Assembly (NCBI GenBank): GCA_030599585.1 | Contig: JAUVNS010000010.1 | Location: 64,001-128,000, forward strand | Source of the DNA: Promethearchaeota archaeon | GTDB taxonomy: Archaea > Asgardarchaeota > Lokiarchaeia > Sigyniarchaeales > SOKP01 | Direction of reading: 5' to 3' | DNA length: 64,000 bases | Shown here: one piece after another, positions 39,085 through 47,707 of the stretch | Layout: each line of letters starts with the position of its first letter | Position numbering within the stretch: position 1 is the first letter of the stretch | The notes under the pieces: model-generated | The model's database searches: none | Told to the model about the DNA's origin: nothing | What the model saw: only the letters and a program-made list of their open reading frames with translations | Position numbers and translations under genes: made by a program

Positions 39085-39501
39085 ATGAGTCCCATAATTA
39101 GCATATCTATAAACGAAAGCTTAAAACAATTTATAAATAAACTTGTTTCAAAAAACCGATACGATAACAAATCCAAGCTAATCCGAGATGCTTTATTAAG
39201 ACTAATGTCGGATATTGAAGTATCGAGCTTCGAGTCTATTGGAGATATAGCTTCGATTGAGAAAAGTATTATTGGAAACCTAATTATAATTATGCCCCAT
39301 GATCCGATTGTTCAGAGAAAATTGAACAAAATCGAAAATAAATATATGGAGCAGATTGTTAATAAAAATCAACATTTCCAAGGAGAAAATCTCATAATGT
39401 CAATTATTTTCGATGGGAATGTCGCAGATTTTCAGAATATTGTAGTCGACATAAATGGGATTAAAGAACTTAAGAACTTCCGTTATTTAATAGTTAATTA
39501 A
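39085..39501 (+). CDS. ribbon-helix-helix (CopG/NikR-like) transcriptional regulator with ACT-like C-terminus
   Basis: IISISI...L...I..L......NKSKLIRDAL RHH pattern. Confidence 0.8.
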   Translation: MSPIISISINESLKQFINKLVSKNRYDNKSKLIRDALLRLMSDIEVSSFESIGDIASIEKSIIGNLIIIMPHDPIVQRKLNKIENKYMEQIVNKNQHFQGENLIMSIIFDGNVADFQNIVVDINGIKELKNFRYLIVN

Positions 39502-39649
39502 GCGTAAAATAGCTTAAATAAATCTTGTTTTATTCTACAGAAGGATTAAATAAATTAGTTATATTGAATTTGATACTTAAAACTAGTCGGGATTAACTTT
39601 AATAGATATATCTAATTTAAAACAATGTCACATTATTATTGAAGTATAA

Positions 39650-40756
39650 ATGAATATGTCTTATAGAAAATTACAGCAACGGTTAGATACTTTACCGATA
39701 GGGTTTCCGGCGACAAAATCAGGTGTGGAGCTCCGAATATTAAAAGCCCTTTTTAATCCTAAAGAAGCGGAAATAGCGGTGAAAATGGGTTTTATACCCG
39801 AATCTGTAGAAAAGATTTACAGGCGCGTGAAAAAAATAGTAGCATCAAAAGAAGAATTAAGGGAAATCTTATATAAGATGTACCACAATGGGGCGATAAA
39901 CTTACAAAGAACCGATGAAGGTAATGGAGAAAAAATACTATATCATTTAGCATTTTTAGCAGTGGGAATGTACGAATATCAAGTTGGTACGCTTACTAAA
40001 GATTTTTATGAGGATATTGAGGATTATTTTGAGGAAGCTTACAAGGATGAAGTTATAAGTACAAAGATTAATCAATTAAGGACAATACCCATTGAAGAAA
40101 GCATCACACCCGAGCATAATGTAGCTACTTTCGATGAATTAAAAGAAATTATAAGGAAGACTAAGAAAATCGCAGTTATGGAATGTATTTGTCAAAAAGG
40201 TAAAGAGCTTATAGATAATCCGTGTAAACAAACTGATATGAGAGAACATTGTTTTGCATTGAACAATTCTGCTCAACACGTTGTAGATCTTAGCAACGGC
40301 AAGTTTGTCACTAACGATGAAGCCCTACTTATTCTTAAAAGAGCTCAAGAAGAAGGACTAATCCTTCAACCTGGCAACGCTTTAGATCCAAATTTCATCT
40401 GTTGTTGCTGTGGATGTTGTTGCGATTTAATAACTAATATTAAAAAACTTGAGCGTCCTTGGGAGTTATTTCATTCAAATTTTATCGCAAGTGTTGATTC
40501 TGATTTATGTATTGGTTGTGAATCCTGCTTGAATAGGTGTCAAATGGATGCTATTGAAATGGTAGAAAATATAGCAACTTTGAACCAAAATTTATGTATA
40601 GGATGTGGTAATTGCGTTGTCACTTGTTCAGAAGAAGCCATAACGCTCGAGAAAAAAGAGAAAGAGTTAATTCCTCCCAATACTACAAAAGACTTATTTC
40701 TGAAAATAATGGTGAAAAAAGCGGAATTAAGGAGAAAGGAAAAGGGAGTGTTATAA
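39650..40756 (+). CDS. 4Fe-4S dicluster protein with N-terminal HTH-like domain and Cys-rich centre
   Basis: CIC...C...C, ICCCCGCCC and two CxxCxxCxxxC motifs. Confidence 0.85.
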   Translation: MNMSYRKLQQRLDTLPIGFPATKSGVELRILKALFNPKEAEIAVKMGFIPESVEKIYRRVKKIVASKEELREILYKMYHNGAINLQRTDEGNGEKILYHLAFLAVGMYEYQVGTLTKDFYEDIEDYFEEAYKDEVISTKINQLRTIPIEESITPEHNVATFDELKEIIRKTKKIAVMECICQKGKELIDNPCKQTDMREHCFALNNSAQHVVDLSNGKFVTNDEALLILKRAQEEGLILQPGNALDPNFICCCCGCCCDLITNIKKLERPWELFHSNFIASVDSDLCIGCESCLNRCQMDAIEMVENIATLNQNLCIGCGNCVVTCSEEAITLEKKEKELIPPNTTKDLFLKIMVKKAELRRKEKGVL

Positions 40757-40774
40757 AACTTTAGGTGTTGAACA

Positions 40775-41137
40775 ATGGGAAAAGGGAAGTATGGAAAAGG
40801 ATATGATAAAAAAAGCCAAGCTTCAAAAAGCTCTGGCTCTAAAGGTGGAGGGGCGCCTATTCGTGGAGGTAAGATCAAAGCCAGTCACATTTTAGTTGAT
40901 AAATTCAGTAAAGCTCAAGAGCTTTCTGAGGATATTCAAGCCGGAGAGAACTTTGAAAATTTAGCAAGGCAATTTTCTACGTGTTCGAGCAAGAAAAAGG
41001 GCGGAAATTTAGGTGAATTTGCCAAAGGGGATATGGTCGCTGAATTTTGGAATGCTTGTACAAAATTGAAGATCAAAGAAATTTCTCAGCCCGTTAAATC
41101 TAAATTTGGATATCATATTATTAAAAGAACGGGATAA
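40775..41137 (+). CDS. parvulin-type peptidyl-prolyl cis-trans isomerase
   Basis: ASHILV, F..LA..FS.C.S...GG.LG.F, MV.EF, PVKS.FGYHII. Confidence 0.92.
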   Translation: MGKGKYGKGYDKKSQASKSSGSKGGGAPIRGGKIKASHILVDKFSKAQELSEDIQAGENFENLARQFSTCSSKKKGGNLGEFAKGDMVAEFWNACTKLKIKEISQPVKSKFGYHIIKRTG

Positions 41138-41192
41138 ATTAATCATTACTACATAGATTGTTTTTCAATAATCAAATTAAAAGGAATAGAAA

Positions 41193-41265
41193 TAGCCCAG
41201 CACGGATTCGAACCGTGGTCACGGGGTTCAGGGCCCCAGATGCTTGACCGCTACACCACTGGGCT
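41193..41265 (-). tRNA. tRNA-Gln (anticodon CTG), CCA not encoded
   Basis: Minus strand folds as a cloverleaf: AGCCCAG/CTGGGCT acceptor stem, TGGGG-CCCTGAA-CCCCG anticodon arm, CACGG-TTCGAAT-CCGTG T arm. Confidence 0.93.
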
Positions 41266-41408
41266 TTAAAATGATAATTTATTAATAAGATATAGTTGGT
41301 ATTATCTAAAAAATCTTTTTCTTTTGAAAAGATGGCTAATCCAAAAAGCCTACTAGAATTTCAGATTTTATAGTGCAAAAAAAAAACCTATCTTTGAATA
41401 AAGATAGA

Positions 41409-41433
41409 TTTATATTACTTCATAACCTTATGA
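41409..41433 (+). promoter_or_regulatory. archaeal TATA box (TTTATATT) with purine-rich upstream element, followed by the palindrome TCATAA-CC-TTATGA
   Basis: TATA box lies at about -31 to -24 relative to G41440, the first G of the structured element. Confidence 0.55.
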
Positions 41434-41438
41434 TGTAT

Positions 41439-41610
41439 TGGATTACACTAGGTTTACATGGAGGATTATAAAAAAAAAACTTGTTTTTATTAATGCTCTT
41501 CTGAGTATTAATACCCCGTGAAATTACGCGTTTTCCGCGTATTTTGGGAAACTGAAAAAACAAAACCCCGTTAAACTAAAAGTAATACCTTATCCTCCAG
41601 GTGTAATCCA
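41439..41610 (+). ncRNA. candidate novel structured ncRNA (~170 nt)
   Basis: Closing stem TGGATTACAC/GTGTAATCCA, second stem TGGAGGAT/ATCCTCCA, inner stem TTGTTTTT/AAAAACAA, two hairpins; upstream TATA box and downstream T7. Confidence 0.6.
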
Positions 41611-41611
41611 C

Positions 41612-41618
41612 TTTTTTT
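41612..41618 (+). terminator. oligo-T terminator of the candidate ncRNA
   Basis: T7 one base after the closing stem. Confidence 0.5.
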
Positions 41619-41650
41619 GAAAAGATAATTAACCCTTAATACTAATATCA

Positions 41651-42859
41651 CTAATCAGTGTTATATAGGGAAAAAATCTCATGAAAATACTTATCGCTCA
41701 TACCTGCGATAAAATCACGAGCTATTAACTTGAGATTTCCATTTTGCTTATTTGGTTCAAAATAGGTACTGTATTTTTCATCATCAATATATTCTATGTG
41801 GTCGATAAAAATAGGAGCGTGAAAGTTTTCTTCCTCTAAATCTCGGAGAGAATTTTCAAAAATTAGGTTGAATTGCTTTGTTAGGTTTTCCATGTAGGAA
41901 ATTTTAGAATGTTCATTTTTGTGCATATCTCTTCTGCTATATATACTATCATAATTAAATTTCTTTAATTCTTTGAACGCTTCAAAAATATCTTCACTGT
42001 AACCGATTTTATCATTATGTAAACTTGTGTTTAATAAATCCATGATGAGAGTTTTCATAATTTTTCGATTAGTATCCCCAAGTACATTTCTACAACTATT
42101 TGGGATATCAGATCTCTTGATTATTTTTAATAGAATTGCGTCTTCAATGTCTCGACCAATATAGGCAACAGAATCCGCAAATCTTACTGCGATGCCTTCG
42201 AAAGACATAGGTATTCTTTTAATTAGATTAGCGTTAAAACTTTCTTTATATTCTTTAAAATGATCTTCCCAACTCTTCCCATTTATTGTTACTGGTTTCA
42301 AAGCTCTCTCGTTAACTTCGCCGTCGTGACATAGAACGCCATCTAGCACTTGAAGTGTTAAATTTAATCCTTTTGCTGGTTTATCAGGAAATCTTTTTTC
42401 AAGATAAGATAACCACCTTATCCCTTGAGCATTATGGTTGAAAACCCCCATATGATTTTTCAAACTTATATCGTTTAATATAGCTTCACCTAAGTGTCCA
42501 AAGGGGGAATGTCCTACATCATGACTTAAAGCAATCGCCTCTATTAAATCAGTATTAAATTTCAAAATTCGTCCTATTTGACGCGCAATTCTGGCTACTA
42601 AAATAACATGTAGAGAACGATGAGTAATATTTGCGTTATTAATGCCAAAAAACACTTGAGTTTTATCTATATAGCGAGCGTAAGCTTTACTGTGAACGAT
42701 ACGATCAACATCTCGAAAGAATGCAGGTCGGATATCAATTTTGGATTCTTCATCTTCTTCGTAATATCTTACTGCTTGTGAATCAGATATAGCCTTCTCT
42801 TTTATATCTGAATCGCGTCTCATATGAAGTCTATAGATTTTAAGGTTTTTAGGATCCAC
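41651..42859 (-). CDS. HD-domain dNTP triphosphohydrolase (dGTPase-like)
   Basis: RPAF.RD.DRI.HS, KTQVF, R..H, HDVGHSPFGH.GE, AD..AY...D.ED, DFIAGMSD. Confidence 0.88.
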   Translation of the reverse strand: MDPKNLKIYRLHMRRDSDIKEKAISDSQAVRYYEEDEESKIDIRPAFFRDVDRIVHSKAYARYIDKTQVFFGINNANITHRSLHVILVARIARQIGRILKFNTDLIEAIALSHDVGHSPFGHLGEAILNDISLKNHMGVFNHNAQGIRWLSYLEKRFPDKPAKGLNLTLQVLDGVLCHDGEVNERALKPVTINGKSWEDHFKEYKESFNANLIKRIPMSFEGIAVRFADSVAYIGRDIEDAILLKIIKRSDIPNSCRNVLGDTNRKIMKTLIMDLLNTSLHNDKIGYSEDIFEAFKELKKFNYDSIYSRRDMHKNEHSKISYMENLTKQFNLIFENSLRDLEEENFHAPIFIDHIEYIDDEKYSTYFEPNKQNGNLKLIARDFIAGMSDKYFHEIFSLYNTD

Positions 42860-42901
42860 GTATTAACTCACTTAACTTTTATTTAGAATAATGGAGACTG
42901 A

Positions 42902-43852
42902 TTATACACTTCCAAATTTTATATCTATGGCGTCATATGGACATTTTTCCTTACATGTTAAGCACAAATTACACTCACCTTTTCCTGTAAAGAAGTCAAA
43001 TGGTTCATCTAATATTCGTATTTGTTTTGGACAAACATCCTCACAAACACCGCATTCTGACCGACCCACACACTTAACCGGATTACGCGCTAGTTTCAAA
43101 AAGGAATATTCTGAAACTGCAGAAGAAATAGCTGCAAATGGGCATACATACCTGCAGTATATTCTTGGATACCAAACTGACAATATTATAATCAAAGAGT
43201 AGAAAAATAAGATGAAATAACCTCCAAATTCGAGAGCACCAAATTGTGCCGGAAGAAAGATGTTTTGAACTAGGTAGGGGAGAAAGACGAAGATAAATTC
43301 CGAAAGAGAAAAAAATCCAATAGGTTGTTCAACAAAAACGCCTAACTGGGCCTTAAAATCATTGTAAAAAAAAATATTTGCATTTTTAGCAATTCCTAAA
43401 GGGAAGATAATGATAACTACAATAATTATGAAAACATACTTCATGTTTAACAGAGTTTTATGCGTTTGTATCTTAAATTTCCTTTTTTTAGTAGGGATCG
43501 CAGCACACGCGTCTTGAATCGCGCCTATAGGACATATCCAGCCGCAAAAGAATCGATTCGTGAATAATAAAACCAACAACAAAACTGCGATAAGGAAAAA
43601 AGGAAAATCTCCTTTTGCCATAGAAAAAAAGATATATTCCAAAATTCCTCCACCTTGAGATAACGGATTTCTTGGTGAATTTAAAATGGGTAAAACTTTA
43701 ACAAGCCCTTCTAAACTTAATAAATTAATTTGTAAAATAGTCTCAAGAATTATGTAATTGATAATTAAAAAAGCGAAAATCTGAATAATCCTTCTGGAAA
43801 TTGTAATTGAGTGTTCCCTTATTTTTAACCGTTTAAATCTCAAAGATATCAC
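42902..43852 (-). CDS. membrane 4Fe-4S binding protein (NapH/MauN-like)
   Basis: RFFCGWICP.G, R.YC.Y.CP, C-terminal ferredoxin motifs and TM helices. Confidence 0.85.
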   Translation of the reverse strand: MISLRFKRLKIREHSITISRRIIQIFAFLIINYIILETILQINLLSLEGLVKVLPILNSPRNPLSQGGGILEYIFFSMAKGDFPFFLIAVLLLVLLFTNRFFCGWICPIGAIQDACAAIPTKKRKFKIQTHKTLLNMKYVFIIIVVIIIFPLGIAKNANIFFYNDFKAQLGVFVEQPIGFFSLSEFIFVFLPYLVQNIFLPAQFGALEFGGYFILFFYSLIIILSVWYPRIYCRYVCPFAAISSAVSEYSFLKLARNPVKCVGRSECGVCEDVCPKQIRILDEPFDFFTGKGECNLCLTCKEKCPYDAIDIKFGSV

Positions 43853-44013
43853 ATGTCCAATTTTAAAGTAATAAATAATTACTGGTTAAAAAAATTGATC
43901 TTCCTAAATGAGATGCGTGGATTTTCTATTTTCTAAAAAAAAGAGATGTATCAATCAGAGGGTTTTTTGTAAATTAAAAATAATTAGAAATAAAAAAAAT
44001 AGTAGAACTCCAT

Positions 44014-44448
44014 TTAGGCTTTTTTAATTTTACCAAAAGACTTTTTATATTCTTCGGGGTTTCCACCAGAACTGAGATAATCAGCGTATACTTTTAAACT
44101 CTTTAAAAATAAATCTCCAGCTATTTCCATAATGGATCTTTGATCCTCCAATTCAAATTCAGCCCATAATGTGACAATAGTAGAATCACCTCTATTTTCG
44201 AAGATATAACCGAGTTTTTGCATCGGGGAACCCTCCTGAATGGATGTCATTTTTTCACAGGGTATGTTTTCTATTTCAGTGTTGGTCACATCTCCCACAT
44301 TCGTTTTAAAGAAATATTTTTTAGGTTCAAGCTGTGTACTTTCAGATACTACAATATTCCACCTTGGCAGATCCAAATAATCATTAAGAATTTCGTAAAT
44401 CTTCTCTACAGGTGAATCCAGTTCTATTTTTAATTCGATTGACGGCAT
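44014..44448 (-). CDS. SRPBCC/START-like ligand-binding protein
   Basis: I....P.EK.Y..L.D...LP.W N-terminus and long C-terminal helix. Confidence 0.75.
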   Translation of the reverse strand: MPSIELKIELDSPVEKIYEILNDYLDLPRWNIVVSESTQLEPKKYFFKTNVGDVTNTEIENIPCEKMTSIQEGSPMQKLGYIFENRGDSTIVTLWAEFELEDQRSIMEIAGDLFLKSLKVYADYLSSGGNPEEYKKSFGKIKKA

Positions 44449-44585
44449 AAAAACAACTCTTTTGAAAATTAATTATTATTAGTGTATACTTATTTTTCTA
44501 ATTATATAAATTAGGGCAATTCCAAGTGAATTTTTCACGAGTTTATAACAATAAAATATAAAATGAGAAAAGCGTCTATTAGATC

Positions 44586-46496
44586 TTATTTTAGGAGTAA
44601 TGTTTCTCTATTCTTAGGACTTTTGGTTGCTTTCCTCAATTTCTTATGAATCATCGTAGATAAACTCACGCATTTACTCTCTTCTCCGTGATTTGTTATG
44701 ACAAGCTTGGGTTTGGGTTGAATTCTACGTAGAAATTGAGATATTTGGCTGCGCGATGAATGTCCGCTAAATCCTTCTAAAGTGAAAACATTCAAATTAA
44801 GTCGTACTAGTTGGGTTCTTCCCTTTGCGTTAGAGTATTGAATTTCACGAAATCCCCGTTGAACTCTTGACCCTAAAGTGCCATTCACTTGATAAGATAC
44901 GAATATTAGAGAATTCTTTTTGTCTTCTGCGAGTGCTTTAAGATATTGTACTGAAGGACCCCCAATGAGCATACCACTAGTGGCTAATATTATACAAGGT
45001 CCACCCATAATAACATTTTCCCTTTCATCTCGACCTGAGACTGTAGTGAAAAAATCGCTCATAAACGGATTTTTACCTTGGTGTAATATCTTTTCTCTTA
45101 AATCGGAGCTAAGAAAATCTGGATTAGCAGTGTGTATCGCTGTTGCTTCGGAGATTAAACCGTCTAGAAAGATAGGAACTTGATCGATGATGCCTTTCGA
45201 AATAAACTCTTCTAAGACGATTATAAGTTCTTGAGCTCTTCCTACAGCTAACACAGGGATAAGTATCTTCCCACCTCGTTTAATTGTTGAAGTTAAAATT
45301 TGCCGAAGCTCCCGTTCGGAATCTTGCCTGCTGGGAATCCGATCTTGCGGTCCGCCATAAGTTGACTCAATAAGTAAACTTTCAACGCGGGGGAACTTCA
45401 CAGCGGCTTGTTCAAGTAGCCTAGTCTTCTGATATTTGAAGTCCCCAGTATATACGAAATTATATCCTCCTTTTCCAAAGTGGAGGTGAATTAGCGATGA
45501 TCCTAATATATGCCCGGAATTATGAAGAGTTAATTTTATATCAGGAGCAATATCAGTGACTTTTCCCCATGAGAGAGGAATTGTATGGAGTACAGCGCTT
45601 TTCACATCTCTCTTTGAGTAGGGCATTGGAATTCCCTCTTTTTCACAAATCTGGACGAAATCCAATTGTAACATGGTTGCCAGGTTGCGAGTTGGAAGAG
45701 TGCAATAGACTGGACCTTGGTATCCATACTTAAATAAGTATGGAACCATACCACAGTGATCTAAATGAGCATGAGATATAATTACAGCATCTAAATCCCT
45801 TATAGAGAATTCGGGGATATCAAAATTAGGAAATTGATCGTTCTTGTTCCCTACATTCAAACCAACATCTAAAAGAATATTGCTATCCCTCGTTTGCATT
45901 AAGATGCAAGATCTTCCAACTTCTCTAAATCCGCCTAACGCAGTTAAACGTATATCCAATTCCTTGAACAAGGTAGGTCTGTGGATTCGTTTTCCAATAT
46001 TAAGGAGTATATCTTTCTGATTTTGTCTTTCTTTGGTAAGCATTTGCCTAATTAAACTGATAGTTCTCGAAGGAAGAGGAGGAGTTCGGATGGTTTTTGG
46101 TTGCCAGAAGGTATTCAGTCTAATCTCTTTTAAATTTACACCTTTCTTACCAATAACTAATCCTGGTTTTCCGGATTCTATAATAACTTCGCCACGTGTG
46201 TGATCAAATTCAATATTTGTAATTTCTGCGTCTTCACTAATCAAATTTCTAATGTAATCTTCAGTTTCAGAGGGATCTTTGCGATCTTCCACATTCCATC
46301 GAAAAACCACTCTTTTCCGCATAGATTTTGCTAATTCCTTCAGAACATCGGAACTTTCAATTGCTTCAAGATTTGAATTCTCAGAGTAAACAGCTATTTC
46401 AGGTCCCTCAAATTCGATTTTTTTTACTACTATCTCGGGAGGAAGATGTTGAATAATTTGTTCTTTAATTCTTTGTAGTTCTGATTCGAAACTCAT
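44586..46496 (-). CDS. fttA: beta-CASP ribonuclease aCPSF1 / transcription termination factor FttA
   Basis: Two N-terminal KH domains (KPGLVIGK), LGG.REVGRS, SHAHLDH, GHILGS, ESTYG, FSGH, NHGE. Confidence 0.95.
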   Translation of the reverse strand: MSFESELQRIKEQIIQHLPPEIVVKKIEFEGPEIAVYSENSNLEAIESSDVLKELAKSMRKRVVFRWNVEDRKDPSETEDYIRNLISEDAEITNIEFDHTRGEVIIESGKPGLVIGKKGVNLKEIRLNTFWQPKTIRTPPLPSRTISLIRQMLTKERQNQKDILLNIGKRIHRPTLFKELDIRLTALGGFREVGRSCILMQTRDSNILLDVGLNVGNKNDQFPNFDIPEFSIRDLDAVIISHAHLDHCGMVPYLFKYGYQGPVYCTLPTRNLATMLQLDFVQICEKEGIPMPYSKRDVKSAVLHTIPLSWGKVTDIAPDIKLTLHNSGHILGSSLIHLHFGKGGYNFVYTGDFKYQKTRLLEQAAVKFPRVESLLIESTYGGPQDRIPSRQDSERELRQILTSTIKRGGKILIPVLAVGRAQELIIVLEEFISKGIIDQVPIFLDGLISEATAIHTANPDFLSSDLREKILHQGKNPFMSDFFTTVSGRDERENVIMGGPCIILATSGMLIGGPSVQYLKALAEDKKNSLIFVSYQVNGTLGSRVQRGFREIQYSNAKGRTQLVRLNLNVFTLEGFSGHSSRSQISQFLRRIQPKPKLVITNHGEESKCVSLSTMIHKKLRKATKSPKNRETLLLK

Positions 46497-46860
46497 ATAT
46501 TTTCAATTCTTTTATATAATTCTATTTATTGATTTTAAAATGTAAAAGCTAATGAACTTTGATTTGATTTAGAGTTATTTGATCTTTGGAATGAATTAAT
46601 TGAAATAACTTAATTACAAACTCCTTTAAAATTATATATGCAGTGATTGTTATTCATTAAATAATGTTTTTGAACAAATAGAATAATTCTTAGATATTAA
46701 TACAAATACCAGAGATTAAATTTAAGTATGAATTAATTCTAATTTCTATATATTATATAAATTAATCAAATAAAAACATTTTCATTATAGATGGTGTTAA
46801 ATTACACATCTATTAAGACATTAGGTAAATTTTTTTTAATAAAAAGGATTAGAAAAATTT

Positions 46861-47496
46861 ATGACAGAATTAAAAATTGGCGCTATTGCTAGCGGTTCGG
46901 GCTCTAATTTGGAATCTATAATTAAATCCTGTAAAACTGGTATCTTAAAAAATAAAGCAAGCGTGGAAATTCTTATATGCAACAAAATAGGTGCATTTTG
47001 TATGGAACGAGCAAAAAATCATAACATTCCCTATGAACTAATTGAGTCTAATAAGTATCTTCATCTTCCAAGGGAAGATTATGATAAAAAAATGATAGAG
47101 GTGTTCCGAAAGTATAGCTGCGAGTTAATCGTTTTGGTAGGCTACATGAGATTAGTAAGCGGAATGTTTATTGAAGCCTTTAATGGTAATGTTATGAATA
47201 TTCATCCCGCCCTATTACCTTCATTTAAAGGGATGCACGCGCATAGAGATGTGTTAGATTATGGAGTCAAAGTTTCTGGATGTACTGTTCATTTCGTTGA
47301 TAATCAATCAGATCACGGTCCAATCATTATCCAAAAATGCGTTCCTGTTTATGATACTGACAATGAAGATACTTTAGGATCAAGAGTTTTAGAATGGGAA
47401 CATAAAATTTTCCCCAAAGCGATCGAGTTATTTTGTAATAAAAGGTTGCAGATCAAAGAAAGGCTTGTTATAATAGATGGCGAATTTGATCTATAG
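46861..47496 (+). CDS. purN: phosphoribosylglycinamide formyltransferase
   Basis: SGSGSNL, GYMR, NIHPALLPSF.G, SGCTVHFV...D.GPII. Confidence 0.95.
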   Translation: MTELKIGAIASGSGSNLESIIKSCKTGILKNKASVEILICNKIGAFCMERAKNHNIPYELIESNKYLHLPREDYDKKMIEVFRKYSCELIVLVGYMRLVSGMFIEAFNGNVMNIHPALLPSFKGMHAHRDVLDYGVKVSGCTVHFVDNQSDHGPIIIQKCVPVYDTDNEDTLGSRVLEWEHKIFPKAIELFCNKRLQIKERLVIIDGEFDL

Positions 47497-47514
47497 CCAA
47501 TCTACATTTATCAT

Positions 47515-47616
47515 GCGGGAAATGAATTCGTTGAAAGCTCTGACCCAACTGAAAGTTTGGTTGATTCCATAACTTAATGAAGAAGATCTTGAGTAATGAG
47601 AATTTTCATTTCCCGC
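47515..47616. ncRNA. candidate structured RNA or small IR-bounded element (~102 nt)
   Basis: 12-bp perfect terminal IR GCGGGAAATGAA/TTCATTTCCCGC enclosing CTGA-hairpin-TGAT and ATGAAGA...TTGA motifs. Confidence 0.45.
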
Positions 47617-47707
47617 TCCTAATTTCCTTAAATAACCCTAAAATTTTAATCAAATCACTCATGGTAAGTAATATAATATCAGCAATTAACAAGAGAAAAA
47701 AGTAAAA

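Noticed and set aside
41555-41585. CAAAACCCC in the ncRNA bubble resembles a ciliate telomerase template
   Set aside because: A short low-complexity match with no repeated alignment region and no reverse transcriptase in the window; likely chance.
41193-41650. tRNA-Gln as an integration site
   Set aside because: I noticed no duplicate of the tRNA end and no integrase in the window.
42891-43202. 103-aa + strand ORF and the other short ORFs nested in or antisense to long genes
   Set aside because: They overlap well-supported genes and carry no motifs.
47513-47610. Tiny ORFs on both strands (MREMNSLKALTQLKVWLIP and MKILITQDLLH)
   Set aside because: The ATGs at or within the inverted repeat arise from the repeat itself; there is no independent coding evidence.
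47515-47616. SECIS element or hammerhead ribozyme
   Set aside because: The helix between the UGA/GA words is only about 5 bp, the flanking genes show no in-frame TGA, and there is no CUGANGA core.
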